A stretch of 21,800 nt of DNA from IMG/VR virus record IMGVR_UViG_3300033070_001565; one strand, 5' to 3'. How positions within the stretch are numbered: position 1 is the stretch's first letter; every line of letters begins with the position of its first letter. Shown here piece after piece: positions 16,030 through 21,800 of the stretch. Origin of the DNA: a virus (Duplodnaviria > Heunggongvirae > Uroviricota > Caudoviricetes). Under the pieces are notes generated by a model that saw only the letters and a program-made list of their open reading frames with translations, was not told the origin of the DNA and made no database searches. Position numbers and translations under genes: made by a program.

Positions 16030-17546
16030 ACAGATTCCGGAGTGTCAGATCTGCGGAATGACTTCACGCAATCTGATTACTCACATTACACGTACTCACA
16101 AGATCTCATGCAGTGAGTACGCTTCACAATATCCAGGTTCAAAAATTTTTCTTGTTAGGAAAAAAGAAAAGAAGCTTTCGCAGAGGCAGCAGCATGTAAT
16201 TGAACTCAAATCGCTTGGTACGAGTCCGCTTACGTGCAGACTGTGTGGATTCGAGTCTTACATGTCACTCACCTCGCACATTACGAAAATTCATAAATTT
16301 TCGATGGCTGAGTACAGAAAAAAGTTTCCAGAAGATGTTATTCAACGAGGCTGTCCGACAACAAATGAAAAGAACAGAATCGCACAAAAAGAACGTTTGA
16401 AAAATCCTGATTTGCGTGAAAAATGGGACAAGCAAAGATTTCTTCCTCCTACCATGAAGGAATTTTGGATAAAAAAGGGTCTGTCTGAGACAGACGCGGA
16501 AATAAAAGCGCGTGAAATGCGCGATAGAATATCAAAAATTCCTGTTAGCGCTTCAACACGATCAAAACTGTCAGAAAAATCGCGTGGAATTAAAAATCCA
16601 ATGTCGATTGAATCCATTGCGGCTCGTCATCATGTTACGCCCGATGAAGCGAGCGCATTCACTCCGTGTTATCGTCGCAGTGGAAGTTTGCATCCCATGT
16701 ACGGAAAACATCATACTGAAGAAAGTCTACAGAAAATTGCAAACGCAGATCATCTAAAACGTCCAAAATGGTCGTCGAAGGGTGAAAAAGAACTAGCGAA
16801 TTTTTGCAATTCTCTAGGCGTTACGTATGAAAACGTAAAAATTGGAAGATATAACGTAGATGTTCTATTCGCTGAAAAGAAATTGATCGTTGAGTACTTT
16901 GGAGATCTATGGCATATGTCTCCTAGGCGGTTCGAAAAAGATCAGTACCATTACTTGACACGAAAAACTGCATGTCAAGTATGGGAAAGAGATCACAAAA
17001 AGATGGAGAATTTTGTATCAATAGGATACAAAATTCTCGTAATCTGGGAATCAGATTGGAAAAATGATAGAGTTTCTTGCGAAGAAAAGATTACCGATGC
17101 CTACAATCAAGCACGTTGAAATTACTCGTACGGTTAGTCTCGAAGATCTTTTTGCTGAATTGGGATGTTCTGAGAAAGATGCACCTAACACTGAAGACGG
17201 TGACACGCTCATCAAATGCGATTATCCGATTGAAGTTGAATCTTCGAACGGCTATCAATTCATCAGTGCCGTGAGATGGACAAAACATGAACCGGTAATC
17301 AAACTAATCGTGAAATCCGAGATCGATGAAAAAAGTGTATCTCTCGGTTGCTCTCCTGAGCATCGTGTCATGACAAAACGCGGGTGGAAATATGTAAAAA
17401 ATCTTTTCGAAGATGATTACGTGTACACAAAGGACGAATGGATGAGAGTTGAGTCTTTGAAGGGACTCGATGAACTGGAACGTCTCTGTGATATGCAAGT
17501 TGATATTACTCACTGCTACTACACAAACGGGATCCTATCTCACAAC
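15886..17546 (+). mobile_element. composite selfish element: P-loop mini-intein interrupted by a free-standing homing endonuclease gene
   Basis: The element begins at intein Cys1 (15886) and ends at the terminal ...GILSHN (AAC 17544-17546), followed by the +1 Ser (TCG 17547). Block B is SLGCSPEHRVMT (His at 17361-17363). Blocks F/G are DMQVDITHCYYTNGILSHN. Removing 15910-17117 (1208 nt) leaves 453 nt, a 151-codon mini-intein. Confidence 0.8.
15929..17119 (+). CDS. free-standing homing endonuclease: two C2H2-like zinc fingers, NUMOD3-like modules and a C-terminal Vsr-like (PD-(D/E)xK) nuclease
   Basis: Frame 2 is open from the TAA at 15908-15910 to the TGA at 17117-17119. Candidate starts are TTG 15929, ATG 15938 and ATG 16001. 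The fingers are CQICGMTSRNLITHITRTH (about 16043-16099) and CRLCGFESYMSLTSHITKIH (about 16235-16294). NUMOD3-like modules include SGSLHPMYGKHHTEESLQKI and SEKSRGIKNPM. The nuclease region GEKELANFCNSLGVTYENVKIGRYNVDVLFAEKKLIVEYFGDLWH...VWERDHKK...GYKILVIWESDW is collinear with Vsr/DUF559-type endonucleases. Confidence 0.8.
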   Translation: MISMVRFTIHGISYQREEERFLQKMSRQETNSSEQIPECQICGMTSRNLITHITRTHKISCSEYASQYPGSKIFLVRKKEKKLSQRQQHVIELKSLGTSPLTCRLCGFESYMSLTSHITKIHKFSMAEYRKKFPEDVIQRGCPTTNEKNRIAQKERLKNPDLREKWDKQRFLPPTMKEFWIKKGLSETDAEIKAREMRDRISKIPVSASTRSKLSEKSRGIKNPMSIESIAARHHVTPDEASAFTPCYRRSGSLHPMYGKHHTEESLQKIANADHLKRPKWSSKGEKELANFCNSLGVTYENVKIGRYNVDVLFAEKKLIVEYFGDLWHMSPRRFEKDQYHYLTRKTACQVWERDHKKMENFVSIGYKILVIWESDWKNDRVSCEEKITDAYNQAR

Positions 17547-18404
17547 TCGCATCTTCTTGTTAACCTCGGTGCAAATGCAATCAAGGCAGGTCTCAATGTT
17601 CTTCACTACACATTCGAGCTCTCAGAGCACCAAGTATCTCGCAGATACGATGCAAACATCTGCGAGATCAATGCTGACGATCTTTCTGAGAAGAAAGCAG
17701 ATGTCTTTGCTCACTACGATGCTGGCACGAAGTACGGAAAGCTGAGAGTAAAGTACAAGCCAACCGGCACAGCAACGATTCTCACAATCAGAGCTCACGT
17801 AGAGGCGCTAGCTCTCCGTGGATTTGTACCTGATCTCATCATTATCGACTATGCAGATATCATGCGTTCGACGAGACAGTTCGACAGTCTCAGGCATGAG
17901 CTCAAGCAAGTCTATGAGGATCTCAGAGGGTACTCTGGTGAACTTGGCGTGCCCATCTGGACTGCTTCCCAATCGAATAAAGAGGGCGTCAACTCTGACT
18001 TCATCGATGAAACGAACATGTCTGAGGGTTACGCAAAGGCGTTTGTCGCTGACATTATCGTTACAATCTCAAGGAAGCCAGTTGAACGTCACTCCGGTCT
18101 GGGAAGGCTATACGTTGCCAAATCACGCGCAGGTAGAGATGGTCAGCTTTATCCCATCAAAATTGATACTGCGCAGTCTAGATTCGTAATCCTCGGCGAG
18201 GTACAGTCCCCATCTCAGGTGGCGACAGAGGATGACAAGAGTTTGAAAGCTTCCATTCGAGAAAAATGGAACAAGGTAAAGAAGGACGCTGAGTTGGCTC
18301 TCGGGCCAAATCTCAATGAAACCGTGGCTCAGCAACCGGCAGTGCAACAGCAATTAGGAAAAAGAAATGGAAAATACGATCTACACATACGCACAAGTGT
18401 ATGA
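17064..18404 (+). CDS. intein C-portion fused to the gp41/DnaB-type helicase C-terminal fragment (RecA-like ATPase core)
   Basis: ATG at 17064 or 17097, both inside the endonuclease gene's 3' end. Intein sequence runs to SHN, and the extein starts at 17547 with SHLLVNLGANAIKAGLNVLHYTFELS. Further matches to T4 gp41 are RRYDANICEINADDL (RIDANMLDVSLDDI), LRVKYKPTGTA (LIVKQYPTGGA), LIIIDYADIM (IIIVDYLGI, Walker B), IWTASQSNK (LWTAAQ), MSEGYAKAFVADIIVTI and VAKSRAGRDG (KSRYGD). Confidence 0.85.
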   Translation: MIEFLAKKRLPMPTIKHVEITRTVSLEDLFAELGCSEKDAPNTEDGDTLIKCDYPIEVESSNGYQFISAVRWTKHEPVIKLIVKSEIDEKSVSLGCSPEHRVMTKRGWKYVKNLFEDDYVYTKDEWMRVESLKGLDELERLCDMQVDITHCYYTNGILSHNSHLLVNLGANAIKAGLNVLHYTFELSEHQVSRRYDANICEINADDLSEKKADVFAHYDAGTKYGKLRVKYKPTGTATILTIRAHVEALALRGFVPDLIIIDYADIMRSTRQFDSLRHELKQVYEDLRGYSGELGVPIWTASQSNKEGVNSDFIDETNMSEGYAKAFVADIIVTISRKPVERHSGLGRLYVAKSRAGRDGQLYPIKIDTAQSRFVILGEVQSPSQVATEDDKSLKASIREKWNKVKKDAELALGPNLNETVAQQPAVQQQLGKRNGKYDLHIRTSV

Positions 18405-20868
18405 GAATGCATTGGCATACTACGGAAACGATCTTGCTGCAGATGCATATACATCGAAGTACGCTCTCAGAAATGTAGAAGGTGAGCTCATCGAGAGCGG
18501 TCCACTTGCCTCGTACATGCGTCAGGCAAGGGAGCTCGCAAGGATTGAGTCGAAATATCCGAAGTCCGCCTCTCTCGATGAGATCTATAAGGCTTTTATC
18601 GCCGGAGAGATCTCAATGCAGGGATCTCCATTCTCCGGTATTGGAAACGATCAACAGTATCAGTCTCTTTCAAATTGCTTCGTTATTGCCGGTCCAGAGG
18701 ACTCCTACGGGGGTATTTTCAGGGCCGACGAACAGCAGGCGCAGATCATGAAGCGTCGTGGAGGGGTTGGTCACGATCTTTCTGGCCTCCGCCCAAGGGG
18801 CTTTTTGACAACGAACGCAGCAAGGTCATCAGATGGTGTTACTCTGTTCATGCAGAGATTTTCGAACACAACGAGAGAGGTCGCGCAAGAGGGTCGAAGA
18901 GGCGCACTCATGATGACTGTGTCAGTACATCATCCCGATGTTGCTGAATTCATTACGATCAAACAAGATCGTAAGAAGGTCACAGGCGCAAACGTCTCAG
19001 TGAGAATTACTGACGAGTTCATGCAAGCTGTCATTTGCGATGGTTGTTATGAGCAGCGCTGGCCCGTTGAGGACACGGAACCAAAATTCAAACGTCTTGT
19101 GAGGGCTCGCGAGATTTGGGATCTCATTATCTCATCTGCACACAAATGCGCGGAACCTGGCGTTCTGTTCTGGGACACAATCATCAGGAACTCGCCGGCA
19201 GACGTGTATCCTGGCTTTAGAACTCGTTCGACGAATCCTTGCTCAGAACTTCCTCTATCTGTTGGAGACAGCTGCCGTCTTGCAATCACGAACAGTTTTG
19301 CATTCGTGAAAAACGCGTTCACAGACTCTGCTGAGTTTGACTGGGATCGTTTCAGGTCGGCTGCGGCTCTAACCCAGAGACTCATGGACGATCTCGTTGA
19401 TCTTGAAATCGAATCTGTCGATAGGATCATCGGTAAGGTTGAGTCAGATCCAGAGCCACTCAGTGTCAAAGAGAGAGAGCTTGCTCTATGGAAGGTTATC
19501 CGTCAGTCTGCACGTGATGGCCGTCGTACAGGGGCTGGTCTTACTGGAGTTGGTGATACAGTGGCTGCTCTGGGCCTGAGATATGGATCAGATGAGTCAA
19601 TCAAATTCATTGATGAGCTATACCGTGTCCTTTGTGTTGAGTCATACAGTGAATCAGTGAGGATGGCATCCCAGCGTGGATCATTCCCTGCTTGGAACGC
19701 CGAAACAGACTCGAAGTCAACTCACGTTAGGAAGATGCTTGAACAGATGACTGAAGAACTGAGAGACCTGTACGGTCAGTATGGCAGGAGGAACATCGCC
19801 TGCAATACAACTGCTCCCGTTGGCACAATCTCTCTGCTTCTTGGCACTACGTCAGGGATTGAGCCTGCATTCATGCTCTCTTACAAGCGTCGCAGAAAGG
19901 TGCAAGCTGGCGATCCGAATGTTAGGGTCGACTTCGTCGACGAGACGGGAGACTCATGGCAAGAGTATGTCGTCTATCACCCTGGATTTGAACTGTGGAT
20001 GTCCGCTTCAGGTAAGACAGAGGTGTCAGATTCCCCATATGCTGGTGCAACTGCTAATGAGATCGATTGGAAGAAATCGATCGAGCTACAGGCGGCTGCT
20101 CAGAAGTGGATTGATCATGCTATCTCGAGAACTGTCAACCTGCCAGCAGGAACTCCAGTAGAAGTTGTTGACGAACTCTACAGAACTGCATGGGCAAGCG
20201 GGTGCAAGGGATGCACAATCTACGTTGATGGATCACGTTCTGGCGTGCTCATCAGCACAGAGACTCCAAATCCGTGCTCATCTGGTCGTCCTGATGAACT
20301 TACTCACGTGCAAGCTACGAAGCGACCAGAGAAACTGCCATGCGTTCTTGGAAAGGTGAGAGTTTCAGTTCTCAGAGACGAGAGTACGAAGCGATCAGCA
20401 GAAACATGGTGCGTGCTTGTTAGCACTCTCGGTGGAAAACCCTATGAGGTCTTTGCAGGACTGGCAAAGGACTTCAGGGTTGGTGATTCGCACACAGATC
20501 TCAAGATCAGAAAAGTCAAATTGAAGACGACTGCCGGCGCCAGGTACGAGCTCATTGGAGATGGGAAGGTTCTCGTACGTGATATCACTGCAAAATTTGA
20601 CGACCCAACAGGGGGCTCATTCACACGCGTTGTTTCTCTATCTCTGAGACACGGTGTGCCCGTTCAATTCGTCGTTGAACAGCTCATGAAGGATCGCGAT
20701 AGCGATATGTTCTCTCTTGCAAAGGCGATTGCAAGAACTCTGAAGCAATTCATTCCTGATGGTACGGAATCAACTGAGAAGAAATGTCAAGAGTGCGGAT
20801 CTGACAAGCTCATCTATCAAGAGGGCTGTGTTAGCTGTACTCAGTGCTCATTCTCAAAGTGCGGTTAA
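18367..20868 (+). CDS. nrdJ: class II (adenosylcobalamin-dependent) ribonucleotide reductase
   Basis: The active-site finger is STNPCSELPL (19231-19248 = TNPCSE). ISRTVNLP is present. The C-terminal region has RPEKLPCVLGKV...GKPYEVFAG...SLSLRHGVP..VVEQL and the terminal zinc-ribbon CQECG...CVSCTQC. At 833 aa the gene has no room for an intein. The start overlaps the helicase gene by 38 nt, with AGGA 9 nt upstream. Confidence 0.9.
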   Translation: MENTIYTYAQVYENALAYYGNDLAADAYTSKYALRNVEGELIESGPLASYMRQARELARIESKYPKSASLDEIYKAFIAGEISMQGSPFSGIGNDQQYQSLSNCFVIAGPEDSYGGIFRADEQQAQIMKRRGGVGHDLSGLRPRGFLTTNAARSSDGVTLFMQRFSNTTREVAQEGRRGALMMTVSVHHPDVAEFITIKQDRKKVTGANVSVRITDEFMQAVICDGCYEQRWPVEDTEPKFKRLVRAREIWDLIISSAHKCAEPGVLFWDTIIRNSPADVYPGFRTRSTNPCSELPLSVGDSCRLAITNSFAFVKNAFTDSAEFDWDRFRSAAALTQRLMDDLVDLEIESVDRIIGKVESDPEPLSVKERELALWKVIRQSARDGRRTGAGLTGVGDTVAALGLRYGSDESIKFIDELYRVLCVESYSESVRMASQRGSFPAWNAETDSKSTHVRKMLEQMTEELRDLYGQYGRRNIACNTTAPVGTISLLLGTTSGIEPAFMLSYKRRRKVQAGDPNVRVDFVDETGDSWQEYVVYHPGFELWMSASGKTEVSDSPYAGATANEIDWKKSIELQAAAQKWIDHAISRTVNLPAGTPVEVVDELYRTAWASGCKGCTIYVDGSRSGVLISTETPNPCSSGRPDELTHVQATKRPEKLPCVLGKVRVSVLRDESTKRSAETWCVLVSTLGGKPYEVFAGLAKDFRVGDSHTDLKIRKVKLKTTAGARYELIGDGKVLVRDITAKFDDPTGGSFTRVVSLSLRHGVPVQFVVEQLMKDRDSDMFSLAKAIARTLKQFIPDGTESTEKKCQECGSDKLIYQEGCVSCTQCSFSKCG

Positions 20869-20875
20869 AACAACA

Positions 20876-20898
20876 CCGGCCGCTATCAAAGCGGCCGG
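20876..20898 (-). terminator. GC-rich hairpin terminator between convergent nrdJ and the reverse-strand orphan
   Basis: CCGGCCGCT (20876-20884), loop ATCAA, then AGCGGCCGG (20890-20898), a perfect 9-bp stem. On the minus strand it is followed by TGTTGTTTTA, a U-rich tract, directly after the orphan gene stop (20900-20902). On the + strand no T-run follows, so at most it acts as a hairpin barrier to nrdJ read-through. Confidence 0.7.
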
Positions 20899-20899
20899 G

Positions 20900-21331
20900 T
20901 TACCTGCACGGGTGGGGTCGTACTAATGCGAGGGAGCGGAGGTACCTTACCGCTGTTTTGCAGATGTTCTCATCGAGTCCCATGCTCTCAATGATCTGCA
21001 CTCCTTCGTCTACTCGCTTAGCAGTCTCCGACCACACTCCCTCTTGCATCTTTGACACAAGCATGTCAGAGTTCGCATGCTTGTACAGGTCTCTGTTTGC
21101 GAGATAAACGCATCCTGCGATTACGTCACCAAATGTATTGAACTCTGAATCACCCAAGCGTGTCATATTCATGGCACCCTCTTTGATGAGTTGTGCGGTC
21201 GGCTTGCGATTTTTCTTCGATTCGTTGATCGACGAAGCAGCTCTCTCAGCCTTCACTTCAGCAATTGCCGCGTGGGTTTCTCTGATGATGAGCTTGCGGA
21301 ATTGTTCAGCTGTTAGCTTCTTTGTTTCCAT
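20900..21331 (-). CDS. hypothetical protein (143 aa), the only reverse-strand gene
   Basis: This ORF spans essentially the whole gap between nrdJ and thyX. Its sequence is charged and helical (METKKLTAEQFRKLIIRETHAAIAEVKAERAAS...). Its codon usage (AAG, ATC, GAG) resembles that of neighbouring genes. A terminator hairpin lies immediately 3' on its own strand. The + strand ORFs here are shorter and fragmented. I recognise no family. Confidence 0.65.
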   Translation of the reverse strand: METKKLTAEQFRKLIIRETHAAIAEVKAERAASSINESKKNRKPTAQLIKEGAMNMTRLGDSEFNTFGDVIAGCVYLANRDLYKHANSDMLVSKMQEGVWSETAKRVDEGVQIIESMGLDENICKTAVRYLRSLALVRPHPCR

Positions 21332-21374
21332 TTGAATTGAAATTAGACCTTCTCCATATAACTATACCTCTGAC

Positions 21375-21800
21375 ATGTGGAATGTGCGCGATTATTTTGT
21401 TTCGAAACCTGTTCTTGACCACGGATACATTGAGCTCGTTGATGCGATGGTCGAGAATCCACTTCTAAAAGTCGTTAACTCTGCAAGGGTCTCTTTCGCA
21501 AAATCATCTGAAAATCTGCAACCAAAAGATGAGAAACTGATCAAGTATCTCTCTGATCACGGTCACTTCTCAACGTTCAGACACACTTACTTTTCGTTCA
21601 AGGTGAAAGCTCCCCTGTTTGTGTTCAGACAGTGGTGGAAGTATCAGATTGGTAGCGATTGGACGAATGCAGATGAACTAGGCTCGGCCGTTTCAATACC
21701 TGACACTGGATGGAACGAGGTATCAGGAAGATATGTTGAACATGCTCCAGAGTTCTACGTTCCTGATTGTTTCCACAAGCAGTCTGCCTCGAACAAGCAG
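21375..21800 (+). CDS. thyX: flavin-dependent thymidylate synthase ThyX-like protein, divergent, 3'-partial (runs off the window)
   Basis: This ORF is not in the ORF track because it has no stop inside the window. My translation is MWNVRDYFVSKPVLDHGYIELVDAMVENPLLKVVNSARVSFAKSS...LIKYLSDHGHFSTFRHTYFSFKVKAPLFVFRQWWKYQIGSDWTNADELGSAVSIPDTGWNEVSGRYVEHAPEFYVPD... It is collinear with canonical ThyX (GFVELVD..., ARVS, HGHxxxFEH, FxFxVKAPIFVxRQWxRHRxxS..NExSGRY). Confidence 0.85.
   Translation, partial: MWNVRDYFVSKPVLDHGYIELVDAMVENPLLKVVNSARVSFAKSSENLQPKDEKLIKYLSDHGHFSTFRHTYFSFKVKAPLFVFRQWWKYQIGSDWTNADELGSAVSIPDTGWNEVSGRYVEHAPEFYVPDCFHKQSASNKQ

Noticed and set aside
15910-17117. A group I (or II) self-splicing intron carrying the endonuclease ORF, which would remove the helicase/intein interruption at RNA level.
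   Set aside because: The insert is open reading frame from its first to its last codon (TAA at 15908-15910 to TGA at 17117-17119). That leaves no non-coding sequence for a ribozyme core. None of the in-frame junction choices gives the usual group I boundaries (exon U at -1 and a terminal intron G). RT-PCR would settle it, so I keep it as an alternative only.
20844-21335. Plus-strand ORFs 20844-21107 (87 aa) and 21138-21335 (65 aa) as the real genes between nrdJ and thyX.
   Set aside because: They are fragmented and compositionally odd (Ser/Leu/Cys/Arg-rich). The first starts inside nrdJ and reads through the GC hairpin. The single 143-aa minus-strand ORF covers the same interval with protein-like composition and its own terminator.
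1-21800. A search by eye for tRNA/tmRNA genes, CRISPR repeats, long tandem repeats, att-like or terminal repeats, integrase/transposase genes, and lysis or defence/anti-defence cassettes.
   Set aside because: Non-coding space totals only a few hundred nt in pieces of 147 nt or less. None has cloverleaf potential or periodic repeats. No recombinase or transposase motifs were seen. A computational repeat and tRNA scan (tRNAscan-SE, self-dotplot) would be needed to exclude short or degenerate elements.

Overview
This window is a tightly packed segment of a tailed-phage (Caudoviricetes) genome, almost entirely on the + strand. I found no rRNA, tRNA or CRISPR array. Nt 1-9799 hold a tail/baseplate-type structural module. 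It comprises a 5'-truncated tape-measure-like giant protein, a 75-aa ORF, and 812-aa and 952-aa structural proteins flanking a LysM-like tail-protein-X homolog. Nt 9845-21800 hold a replication, recombination and nucleotide-metabolism module. In order it encodes an unusually small (367 aa) family-A DNA-polymerase-like protein with no exonuclease domain, an HD phosphohydrolase, a possible 57-aa Lys-rich ORF, a cysteine-free T4 gp32-like SSB, a RecA-like recombinase, a trimeric dUTPase, a 5'-3' exonuclease/FEN, a T4 gp41/DnaB-type helicase, a class II (B12) ribonucleotide reductase NrdJ, one reverse-strand orphan gene with a terminator hairpin, and a divergent ThyX cut by the window edge. The most notable locus is the helicase gene. 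Its Walker A P-loop (GGTGAGK|S) is interrupted by a mini-intein, and the intein coding sequence is itself broken about 8 codons in by a free-standing homing endonuclease gene (zinc fingers, NUMOD3-like modules, Vsr-like nuclease). The result is three overlapping ORFs in three different frames, a 'fractured gene' with an atypically N-proximal break and two alternative intein N-segments. All functional calls come from motif recognition by eye. No database searches were run.
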